Both the position numbers and the translations under genes were made by a program. A DNA stretch of 64,000 nucleotides from Candidatus Methanomethylicia archaeon (GTDB lineage Archaea; Thermoproteota; Methanomethylicia; CALHIW01). The DNA lies in the NCBI GenBank assembly GCA_038845975.1, contig JAWBQF010000001.1, positions 32,733 to 96,732 of the forward strand, written 5' to 3'. Positions 22,036 to 31,175 of the stretch are shown here, piece by piece; position 1 is the first letter of the stretch; every line of letters begins with the position of its first letter. The notes beneath the pieces were generated by a model. The model searched no databases. It worked only from the letters and a program-made list of their open reading frames with translations, and had not been told where the DNA came from.

Positions 22036-22906
22036 TAGTGTGATGGCCCCTATGACCAGATGGACTAAGAATAATGGTTCAGGTAGACTTGGAGAAGTTA
22101 GTAAGAAAATGCTTAGTAGATTTAGGAGGGGTCAATCATTAAAGGAGAAAATAGATTTTGCTATTATAAGACTTAAATCACAGCTTGAAAAACTTGAACA
22201 AACAGGATTTAAGCTTGAGAACAGAGATAAGGAAATGTTTCAGAAGGCTGTTAATGCAATTACAAGTAAGGATTTTGCACATGCAGTAATATATGCTACT
22301 GAATGTGCCGAAATTAGGAAAATGGCTAAAATAGTTCTATCAACTCAGCTTGCTATTGAAAGAGTAATACTTAGACTACAGACTGTTGAAAGCCTAGGAG
22401 AACTTATAGTTGCTATGGGTCCAGTTGTAGGTGTTGTTAGACAGCTTAAGGATCAAATTATAGGTATTATGCCTGAAATCTCTTTCGAGCTTGAGAACGT
22501 AAACTCTATGCTTAGTGGTCTTGTAGTTGAAGCAGGATTATCTGATGTAAAATCTATTGAGGTAAATGTTGAAAACCCTGAGGCGAAACGAATAATTGAT
22601 GAAGCCAGCCTAATAGCTGAACAAAGAATAAATGAAAGATTTCCTTCGCCTCCATCACTACCAATACTTGAAAAGCAGCAAGAAAGAATATTGGAGGCTG
22701 AAAGTATATCTCTAGATACCGTTAAGCCCATAAACTTAAATATTAACAAGTCTACAACCATAGATGATGACTTGATAGAGTATATTAGAATGAAAGGCTC
22801 TCAGATAAGCATATCCGAATGTGCAAAGGAGCTTAAAGTATCTCCTGATGATGTTAGGAGGGCATTATTTAGGCTTCATGAGTCTGGAAAAATTGAGATA
22901 AAGTAA
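22028..22906 (+). CDS. cdvB: ESCRT-III protein CdvB with C-terminal winged helix
   Basis: Snf7 core, MIM2-like FPSPPSLP and wH ISECAKEL..VRRAL..L...GKI; true start may be ATG at 22052. Confidence 0.88.
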   Translation: MISSVMAPMTRWTKNNGSGRLGEVSKKMLSRFRRGQSLKEKIDFAIIRLKSQLEKLEQTGFKLENRDKEMFQKAVNAITSKDFAHAVIYATECAEIRKMAKIVLSTQLAIERVILRLQTVESLGELIVAMGPVVGVVRQLKDQIIGIMPEISFELENVNSMLSGLVVEAGLSDVKSIEVNVENPEAKRIIDEASLIAEQRINERFPSPPSLPILEKQQERILEAESISLDTVKPINLNINKSTTIDDDLIEYIRMKGSQISISECAKELKVSPDDVRRALFRLHESGKIEIK

Positions 22907-22920
22907 CTTAGTGGAGATTT

Positions 22921-24054
22921 ATGGCTGCAGAAGAACTTGAAGCTATGGCTGCAAGATACGCTAAAGAAGCAATGCAGCTTGATAGCCAAGGCTCAAGGGG
23001 ATTAGCTATTCAAAAATATCGTAGAGCTGTTGAAATACTACTAAAGCTTGTTAATTTATATCCTAATACACCCCATGCAAGAATATATCTTGAAAGAGTT
23101 AAGCAATATCAGGATAGAATAAATGATCTTCAATCTCAAATATCTTCTCAAATACCTATTGAAAAAGCATCACCAGGTTCTGAGGCAAGATATGATCAGC
23201 TTGTATTAAAAGAAAAGCCTAACGTAAAATGGGGTGATGTTATTGATCTTGAGGTTGTTAAGAGAGCATTACGTGAAGCTATAGTCTACCCTACATTACG
23301 TCCAGATTTATTTCCTCTAGGTTGGCCTAGAGGAATACTATTGTTCGGTCCTCCTGGATGTGGTAAAACATATATAGCTGCTGCAGCAGCCACAGAAATA
23401 GATGCTATATTCTATGTTGTTGATGCAGCAAGTATAATGTCTAAATGGCTTGGAGAATCTGAAAAAAATATTGCAATATTGTTTAATGATGCTAGAAAGA
23501 TTGCAGAAAGCGGTAAACCAGTAGTTATATTTATAGATGAAATAGACTCACTAACAGGTATAAGAATACAGGAAGTTGGAGGTGAAGTTAGAGCACGAAA
23601 TCAACTTCTTAAGGAGATGGATAGCATCCACGATAAAAGTAAAAATTACCAAGTATACGTTGTAGGAGCAACTAATAAGCCATGGGCTCTTGACGATCCA
23701 TTTATTAGAAGATTTCAAAAAAGAATTTATGTACCATTACCTGACTATACAGCTAGAATTGCACTATTTAAATTATATACAAAAAACCTAAAGCTTGACT
23801 CAGATATTGACTTTAAAGAACTTGCAAAGAAGTGTGACGGATATTCCGCAGCTGATATAAGAGATATATGTCAAGGTGTACAGATAAAGGTTGTAAGGGA
23901 GTTTTTTGAGTCAAATGATGATATTAGTAAGGGTGAGCCACGCCTAATAAGAATGGATGACTTTCTTAGTGTTATAAGTGGGAGGAAGCCTAGCGTTTCA
24001 AGAGAAATCATTAAAGCTTATGAAAAATGGCTAGAACAATATGTTGCATTGTAA
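22921..24054 (+). CDS. cdvC: Vps4-like AAA+ ATPase CdvC
   Basis: MIT domain plus GPPGCGKT, SKWLGESEK, FIDEID, GATNKPW and RRFQKR motifs. Confidence 0.95.
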   Translation: MAAEELEAMAARYAKEAMQLDSQGSRGLAIQKYRRAVEILLKLVNLYPNTPHARIYLERVKQYQDRINDLQSQISSQIPIEKASPGSEARYDQLVLKEKPNVKWGDVIDLEVVKRALREAIVYPTLRPDLFPLGWPRGILLFGPPGCGKTYIAAAAATEIDAIFYVVDAASIMSKWLGESEKNIAILFNDARKIAESGKPVVIFIDEIDSLTGIRIQEVGGEVRARNQLLKEMDSIHDKSKNYQVYVVGATNKPWALDDPFIRRFQKRIYVPLPDYTARIALFKLYTKNLKLDSDIDFKELAKKCDGYSAADIRDICQGVQIKVVREFFESNDDISKGEPRLIRMDDFLSVISGRKPSVSREIIKAYEKWLEQYVAL

Positions 24055-24099
24055 ATTTCAAGCTTAGTACTTAGAAACTAAGTAAATATGATTAGTTTA

Positions 24100-24950
24100 A
24101 TGACTGAATCAATTAAAAAGCTTCTCAATAAAATTCACCAATACCTCCTCCTACAACTCTAATATAGCTTATCAAATCTATGAATTAATCCGCGTATATG
24201 TTTAACTTCTTATAGAATATACTTCGAAATGTTTCAAATATATTACGCTTTTCATAGTCTACATTTCATGTAAACTATTATACATGTGAGTATTATCGTT
24301 GTTCTTTGAATATTTTTAGTTATGCATTAAATTTTCTATTATTGACATCGTTCTCCTATAGCTTTTTCATTGTATGAACCATTCCTCTTTTCCATTCCTC
24401 GAGTTTAGATGGTTTGCTTCTACTTCATTACTCCTTAACTTATCTGTACCCTATACTGAGTTTCTATAAAGTCCTTAGACTTATACTCAATATTATCGTA
24501 AAGTTCTCTAAAGGCTTTTGAGTCATGAGTATTGTCGAGACTTATTGCTGTAATAATTGGTAAAGAGCTTTTATCAATAATTACATGGATCTTCATACCT
24601 TCCCTTCCTATGTTTAAATCAATCATAACCCATCATCTTACCCTATTTTTAGCCTTTATGGTTATACTATTTATTACTCACTTCTTTAGGTATAAAATGT
24701 CTAATATTCTATACACCATTCTCTTGAAGTCTTCCAACATCCTTCATACAGTAACATAGGAACCATATTTAACAAGACACATCCATTCATCTATAACCAG
24801 TATTAACCGCGTATAGAATGTCATAATCGTTGATTTATCATTAACCATATGTCTACCACCTTTAGTAAACCTAAGAGGAAGAGAAGGTCTAATAAGTCCA
24901 CTCAAAATCACTAAACTCCATAAAACATTAGAAAACAAAACTCAAATATT
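24100..24950 (-). pseudogene. Fragmented IS5-family transposase; boundaries approximate
   Basis: Fragments GMKIHVIID..LPI..THDS and a C-terminal IHRFDK-like motif, broken by frameshifts. Confidence 0.55.
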
Positions 24951-25088
24951 TTGAAACTATTTTCCTAAACATACCATAATAGTATCCTTACCACCCTAGG
25001 GAATTCATGTTCATAAATCATAACAATATAGAATAAAAACACCTCTAAATAAAACTTCTAAAGTTGACGGGACAAATACTTCTGGGCA

Positions 25089-25130
25089 TGGCAACTTAGC
25101 ATATTATAACTTCTTTTTTCTTAGTTGTCA
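25089..25130. repeat. About 40-bp palindromic mini-element (second copy at 50629-50668)
   Basis: TG(G/A)CAACTTAGCATATT...AGTTGTCA present in both copies. Confidence 0.6.
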
Positions 25131-25201
25131 GATACAATACTTCTAAACGAAAAGTATAAATTGGGGTTTACTAATAATTTCTTGAACTATTATTTGGGGG
25201 T

Positions 25202-25522
25202 TTGGACTTCTTGGCATATAAGCGTTGCACTCCTACATGCTCATTCTTCAGATGTGGAAGAAAGGCTCTACTTAATGGTAGAAAATTAAGAAACCCAAAG
25301 ATTATGTGTTCATGGGCTGGGGATGAATGTAAAGGTTCACTATGTAATTACGCCTTTTGTGAACGTAGATTAATGTTAACGGATGGTCTCTGTGGATTGG
25401 AGGAGCGTAAAGGAGAGAAACATATAAAATCTCTTGAAGAAGAAGCTGAAGAATTAGGAAGAAGTCTTAAATCAGCTCAGGAAAAGCTTAAAAGATCCGG
25501 TATGAGAGAGCTTATGATTTAA
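25202..25522 (+). CDS. Small Cys-rich hypothetical protein with coiled-coil tail
   Basis: 8 Cys in the first 65 aa; upstream BRE/TATA CGAAAAGTATAAA. Confidence 0.7.
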   Translation: MDFLAYKRCTPTCSFFRCGRKALLNGRKLRNPKIMCSWAGDECKGSLCNYAFCERRLMLTDGLCGLEERKGEKHIKSLEEEAEELGRSLKSAQEKLKRSGMRELMI

Positions 25523-25570
25523 TTTTCTAAAACTATTTATAATTTAAAACATAAGTAATCTAGGATTCCT

Positions 25571-26101
25571 ATGTGTATTATAGGTAGAAATGAACTGTTA
25601 AAATTAATATCTAAATATAAATGTATACATCCATTTAATGAGTTATTAATGGATGGGGACGGCTATGTTTTATCTGTTAGAGAAGATGTACTATTAAACT
25701 ATCTTGAACATAAAAATATAGTATCACATGAAATAGTATTTACACCACCGAATTTTGTAGCTCATTTAACTGCAAAAAGTAAGTATGGTAGATTAGGTCT
25801 TTCATTTCTTAATGCTGCAAAGGTACACAGTGGATTTGTAGGTAGGCTTGCACTTGAACTTGTTAACTTAAACAATACTAGAGAACCCATAGTGATTAAA
25901 AGAGGTGACCCATTCATGCATATAGAATTTATAACTAGACACGGTGATCCATCACCATATCTTGGTCCATATATGTTTCAATACATGGATGATGAAGAAG
26001 TTGAAATGTATATATCTATTCTCATAGAGAATTTTTCTGAATGCTTTAATAAGGAGAAACTGAAAGAACTTGCAAGAAATAGAGTTTTAAGAGACTTCTA
26101 A
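25571..26101 (+). CDS. Divergent dCTP deaminase/trimeric dUTPase-family protein
   Basis: KSKYGRLGL..VHSGFVGRLALEL and PSPYLGPY match the dcd fold motifs. Confidence 0.7.
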   Translation: MCIIGRNELLKLISKYKCIHPFNELLMDGDGYVLSVREDVLLNYLEHKNIVSHEIVFTPPNFVAHLTAKSKYGRLGLSFLNAAKVHSGFVGRLALELVNLNNTREPIVIKRGDPFMHIEFITRHGDPSPYLGPYMFQYMDDEEVEMYISILIENFSECFNKEKLKELARNRVLRDF

Positions 26102-26751
26102 ATACATAAATTAATCAACTAATATAGCCGTGCTTGCTAACTTTAGATGCTATATCATTTCTATCATTTCTCTTGCTAATACCTTCATTATTCACCTTAA
26201 TTCTCTATTTCTATATGGTGTCTTACTTATTTAGTGATGTGTATAGTCCTTCTAATTATAATATTATGCTACATTATTATTCTTTAGCGCGATGACATGA
26301 GAAGAAATTAAGCTTGTAGTATCTAAGTCATTTTGTGAGTGCCTATATTGGTTTGAATGTTTATAGAAGTTTCATTACTGTTCCTGATATAAGTAGTAGG
26401 GTTTTTATTCAGTTTGGGAATAGAGAGATTCTAGGTTTTCTTGAATTGATGTTTTGAAGATGATCAATAATAATATTAAGCCACATGAAACTGTATAAAA
26501 TTCACGAATTACTAGAGATAATTTAGCTGAGCCTTGCGAAATTTAGATATGAAAGTATTTGTGGTTAATGATTTTGAATTCATGAAATAATTGACAGGCA
26601 AAAAATGTTTAGTATTTTAAAATTGCCGGTCAATTCTAAACTCTAATTGAAACTTAATTGGAAATATAGCTAGAGATAATAAACCGCTTAAGTTCACAAA
26701 GCTGATTCTTATCAAGATAAGTTTATAAGTCAGTAGTTTATGATATATTAG

Positions 26752-26822
26752 ACTGGTTGTAATGGGGCTCTTTGTCTTCTTTACAACCAGTACTAACCCA
26801 TAAATGGGTAACCGTGAGGTGA
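26752..26822 (+). promoter_or_regulatory. Structured 5' leader of the TRAM gene
   Basis: TATA at 26722; 11-bp stem ACTGGTTGTAA/TTACAACCAGT; second hairpin ACCCA-TAAA-TGGGT; RBS GAGGTGA. Confidence 0.65.
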
Positions 26823-26827
26823 GTATA

Positions 26828-27049
26828 TTGGAAGGTAGGAGAAGAACTTTTGGAAAGTCGTTTCCATCAAAGCCAGTAGAACAGGGGAAAGAATATGAAG
26901 TAGATATTAAGGAAGTAAGTCAGCGTGGAGATGGTGTTGCTAGAGTGAAAGGATTTGTAGTATTTGTTCCTGGAACAAAGCCTGGTGATCATGTTAAGGT
27001 TAGAATTACAAATGTTGCGAAAAGGTTTGCTGTCGGTGAAGTGATTTAG
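26828..27049 (+). CDS. Single-TRAM-domain RNA chaperone
   Basis: KPVEQGKEYEVDI..GDGVARVKGFVVFVPG; TTG start after GAGGTGA. Confidence 0.92.
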   Translation: MEGRRRTFGKSFPSKPVEQGKEYEVDIKEVSQRGDGVARVKGFVVFVPGTKPGDHVKVRITNVAKRFAVGEVI

Positions 27050-27093
27050 TGAAATAGTTTAATAGAGTTCGATGATGTGTGGACATTAATGTT

Positions 27094-27333
27094 TTATTTA
27101 CTATTTTTTACTTTAACTACTGATAAAGCATCATCAATCATCTTCTTCTTAACCATTTCCTCATAAATTCTCCATACACGTTTAACAGTAATGTGTTTTG
27201 TATTAAATCCCTCTTTACTGAGTTTATCAATAACTGTCTCATAGAATGTTTGAGGGTCAACTAAAAAGTATTCATAAATCACGCTTCTAATAGCATTCAT
27301 TAAATCTTTACCATATGGATATTTTCGTTTCAT
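27094..27333 (-). CDS. Conserved hypothetical protein
   Basis: 79-aa ORF with KRVWRIYEEMV motif, possibly HTH-like. Confidence 0.6.
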   Translation of the reverse strand: MKRKYPYGKDLMNAIRSVIYEYFLVDPQTFYETVIDKLSKEGFNTKHITVKRVWRIYEEMVKKKMIDDALSVVKVKNSK

Positions 27334-27433
27334 TTCAAGTATTATGAGTTAATTAAGCTAATAAATTCCTCTATAAGGAAGCCATTTATACTTTTACTTT
27401 GGACATAAAGCTTAATATTTATCCTGTTGTTAG

Positions 27434-27985
27434 CTATGCCTTCCACCATTTAAATACATAGTAGTTGATTTCTCTTGTTTTTTGATTTATACAAGCTATG
27501 ATAAACTTCTTCTTTACGCTATGGCTTAATCGTCCAGCTCTAACTATTTCGATCGGGTCTATTGTTGTTTCCGGCTGGAATACATGTACTAGAAAGGGGG
27601 CGTGATCTATTCCTGGTCCATATTTGTATACAGCAAATGTTGTTCCGAATTTTAAACCTGGTTTAATTATGTATCCTTTAAGTCTAAGATCCTCATATAC
27701 ATGATATACGTCTCTAAATCTTGTAAACCATTTTTCTGCTCTTTCAATAAGTTCATTACAGCTTAGCTCCCTTTCATCTTCATATATCTTTATGATTTTA
27801 TTTTTACACAGGTAGACGGCTTCAATTAATGATAGTTCTAATGGGGCTCTAAACTCTAAGTCCTTAACCTTTCTAATACCTAGAGGCTTACCATAGAATC
27901 CACTTCTATATAGTCTATTTGCTGCTTCAATATCCCATACTACAACTCTACTTCCTACAAGATCGGCTCTTATCTTTTCAATCAT
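27434..27985 (-). CDS. endA: tRNA-splicing endonuclease, catalytic subunit
   Basis: GLKFGTTFAVY..GPGIDHAP..GRLSHSVKK (Tyr/His/Lys triad); YGKPLGIRKVK loop. Confidence 0.93.
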   Translation of the reverse strand: MIEKIRADLVGSRVVVWDIEAANRLYRSGFYGKPLGIRKVKDLEFRAPLELSLIEAVYLCKNKIIKIYEDERELSCNELIERAEKWFTRFRDVYHVYEDLRLKGYIIKPGLKFGTTFAVYKYGPGIDHAPFLVHVFQPETTIDPIEIVRAGRLSHSVKKKFIIACINQKTREINYYVFKWWKA

Positions 27986-27990
27986 GTGAT

Positions 27991-28668
27991 TTACCCTATT
28001 CTATGTAAAGCAATGATTCTAAGATCATCTCCTGCTCTCTTCATATAGTCAACAGCGTTCTCCATAGCGTAGACGATGTCTCTTAATTGAAGTATTGCTA
28101 CTATAGGTATATTGCTTTCAGCTATTTTTAAATCAAGTACTCTTCTAATTTCATCTACTTTCTCCTCCTCTATATCTATCTTATCACATAATTCAACAGC
28201 TCTTTTAACATTTACGGAGTATGCAAAAATAGAATCCCTTAAGGCATCATATGTGAATAATACTCCTTCAGCTAGTTTTTTCAAATCATATATAACTTCA
28301 GCTGGTGGAAATATTTCCCTTTCACTACTTAAATATATTCTATAAGCTGCACTTATAATATAATCTGACATCGAGTCAAGATTAATAGCAAGTCTAACCC
28401 AGTCTTCTCGGTAGACCATTCCTAACCCTACTCTTGAAATATATTCGTAAAGTTGCTTTTTTAATTCCTCTGCTTCAAGATCAAGTTTTCTAAGTCTACT
28501 ATATATTATTTTAGCATCCTCCTTTGAATGGTTTGAAAACTTATCTATAGCGGAAATAAGTTCCCTAATCTGTTCACCAATTTTTCTAACATGGTCTTGT
28601 ATTAAAGATAGTATTTTTTGATCTGCTATAGTTCCCATACTTTCAGGCATTAAACTCATAAGTCTCAA
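27991..28668 (-). CDS. DUF47/PhoU-like protein
   Basis: REDW..LA..LD..SD and EEKVDE..E.A.D helical-bundle motifs. Confidence 0.8.
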   Translation of the reverse strand: MRLMSLMPESMGTIADQKILSLIQDHVRKIGEQIRELISAIDKFSNHSKEDAKIIYSRLRKLDLEAEELKKQLYEYISRVGLGMVYREDWVRLAINLDSMSDYIISAAYRIYLSSEREIFPPAEVIYDLKKLAEGVLFTYDALRDSIFAYSVNVKRAVELCDKIDIEEEKVDEIRRVLDLKIAESNIPIVAILQLRDIVYAMENAVDYMKRAGDDLRIIALHRIG

Positions 28669-28971
28669 TTGAAGTATAACAAACCATATTTAAGCTTTTA
28701 TGTTTCAGCTATGAGTAATGGTCTAAATAATATTTAATATTAAGCTAATACTGAAAATAATTTTGAACGTATTATTTTACTCTATGAACTTTGAAAAGTA
28801 TATGTAGTTGATAGCTTAATTTATCAGAACAGTATTATTGATGCTGTTAATCTTAGATAAAGTAATATTTAAACTTTAGAAAGCTTATATAATCTATATT
28901 AAGGAATATACTAAGTTCACAGAGCCACACTATAAAGGAAAAGTATTAATATCTGAATCTATAAATTCACG

Positions 28972-30693
28972 GTGTCAATAAGTTTATATGATCGTATTGT
29001 AGACTTAGCAAGGAGAAGAGGTTTTTTCTGGCCGTCTAGTGAAATATATGGTGGTGTTAGTGGATTTATTGACTTCGGCCCCTTAGGTTTTCTACTTAAA
29101 AAAAATATTGAAGAGAAATGGCGTAAATGGTTTATTTTAAGACATCAAGACTTTATTTATGAAATTGAAACACCCATAATTATGCCTGAAAGAGTTTTTG
29201 AAGCATCAGGCCATCTACAGCATTTTACTGATACTATTGTTGAATGCTTAAACTGTAGGAGAAAGTTTAGAGCAGATCATTTAATTGAGGTAGCTACTGG
29301 ATTAAAGAATTTGGAGGGTTATACTCCAAGTCAGCTTGTAGAGATTATTAGAAACAGAAATATAAAATGCCCTGAATGTGGAGGTGAGCTTAGCGATGTT
29401 AGAACTTTTTTACTACTATTTAAAACGAATATAGGTCCATACAATGAAAGCATTGGATATGCTAGACCTGAAGCAGCTCAAGGTATGTTTACAACATTTA
29501 TGAGAATATTTAGAACGCAGAGAGAAAAGCTTCCTATAGGTATTGCTCAAGTTGGAAAGGTTCTACGTAATGAAATATCGCCTAGACAGGGATTAATAAG
29601 ACTTAGAGAATTTACGATAATGGAGTTAGAGTTGTTTTTTGATAAAAACAATCCATCATGTGATCTTATAAATGAATATCTAAATGAGAAATTGAGATTA
29701 TTACCGGAAGTTATGGTGGAGAAAGCTATTGAAGAGGGAATTGAGGTAACTGTTGATGAAGCTTTAAAGAAGGGTTACATTCTAAATCCCTGGAATGCCT
29801 ACTTTATGGTCTTAGCGAAGAAATTCATATTAGAGCTTGGTGTTAGTGAAAATAAACAGCGATTCGTAGCTAAGCTTAAATCTGAAAGAGCTCATTACTC
29901 AGCTCAAACATATGATCAGCAAGTACTTGTAGATAAATGGGGATGGATTGAGGTTTCAGGTCATGCATATAGAACAGATTATGATCTTAGAAGACATATG
30001 ATTTTCAGCGGTCAAGAAATGTATGTACATAAGAAGCTTAGCCATCAGATGGATGTTGAGGTTATTGAAGCTATACCTAAAATAGATTTAATTAAGGAGA
30101 AATACCCTAAAGACTTTAATAACGTTATTAAAATATTAAGGGAGATAGACTCTGATTTTCTTAAAAAAGCTTTAGATGAATTGGGTAAATATAATGTTAA
30201 GGGTTTTGAAATTACAAGAGATATTGTTGAGTTTAAGGCAAGTAGAACTCTAAGTAGTAGTAGGAAATTTATTCCAAATGTGGCTGAGCCATCATTTGGA
30301 CTTGAGAGGCTAGTATATATAGTAATGGAAAATGCATATAGTGAAGTTAATAATAGGGTAGTCTTAAAACTACCAAGAGACATAGCTCCAATACAGGTAA
30401 TAGTACTTCCTCTAGTAAATAGAGGAGGAATACCGGAGAAGGCTATATACATATGTAAAATGTTGAGAAACAATGGATTTATAACTGAGTATGATGATAA
30501 GGGAAGTATAGGTAGAAGATATGCTAGAGCTGATGAAATTGGAATACCAGTTGCAATAACAATTGATGGGCAAACACTAGAAGATAATACTGTAACTGTA
30601 AGAGATAGAGATACATGGAAGCAAGTTAGAGTAAGAATTGACGAATTACCCAACTTTATAAAAAACTTCATAGAGAAAGGCATCAATATTTAA
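28972..30693 (+). CDS. glyS: Glycyl-tRNA synthetase (alpha2 type)
   Basis: RRGFFWPS.EIYGG, RNEISPRQGLIRLREF, EPSFGLER and GSIGRRYARADE motifs. Confidence 0.97.
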   Translation: MSISLYDRIVDLARRRGFFWPSSEIYGGVSGFIDFGPLGFLLKKNIEEKWRKWFILRHQDFIYEIETPIIMPERVFEASGHLQHFTDTIVECLNCRRKFRADHLIEVATGLKNLEGYTPSQLVEIIRNRNIKCPECGGELSDVRTFLLLFKTNIGPYNESIGYARPEAAQGMFTTFMRIFRTQREKLPIGIAQVGKVLRNEISPRQGLIRLREFTIMELELFFDKNNPSCDLINEYLNEKLRLLPEVMVEKAIEEGIEVTVDEALKKGYILNPWNAYFMVLAKKFILELGVSENKQRFVAKLKSERAHYSAQTYDQQVLVDKWGWIEVSGHAYRTDYDLRRHMIFSGQEMYVHKKLSHQMDVEVIEAIPKIDLIKEKYPKDFNNVIKILREIDSDFLKKALDELGKYNVKGFEITRDIVEFKASRTLSSSRKFIPNVAEPSFGLERLVYIVMENAYSEVNNRVVLKLPRDIAPIQVIVLPLVNRGGIPEKAIYICKMLRNNGFITEYDDKGSIGRRYARADEIGIPVAITIDGQTLEDNTVTVRDRDTWKQVRVRIDELPNFIKNFIEKGINI

Positions 30694-30726
30694 ATATGAA
30701 TCCTATTAGCTTAATTACAGATCCCT

Positions 30727-31002
30727 ATGGCAATTCAAAAATGGGTTGAAAAAAGATTAAAAGTCAGGGGTAAAGATAATGTTCCTAAAGGCTATGCTAG
30801 AATAAATCCTGAAACAATGAAAATTTTAAACATAGTAGATGAGGTTGAAGGAGTTGTTGCTGGAAAACGGAAATTCATATATAAGGTTATGCCGTCTGAA
30901 AATGTACCTGTAAATGAGGTATGGTGTAATACTGAAGATATGAAGATATTAGGAATGGCTGATGGAACTATAACAACTATTAGAAAACCATTAAGAAAAT
31001 AG
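30727..31002 (+). CDS. Stand-alone double-psi beta-barrel protein resembling the CDC48/VAT N-terminal domain
   Basis: Internal duplication ARINPETMKILNI / VWCNTEDMKILGMADG. Confidence 0.6.
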   Translation: MAIQKWVEKRLKVRGKDNVPKGYARINPETMKILNIVDEVEGVVAGKRKFIYKVMPSENVPVNEVWCNTEDMKILGMADGTITTIRKPLRK

Positions 31003-31175
31003 CTATGTAAAATTAACATTTAGGTTTAAGAAGATTTAGTTCATCTATTTTAGATGATATATTAAGCGGTAGTTATGGAATTTATAACATTATATCAAGT
31101 ATTACTTCCCAATCTAAATCTATAATTGTTATGCTAAAATTTAAATTTAAGAATTTCTTCAGCCTATAGGTTAAA

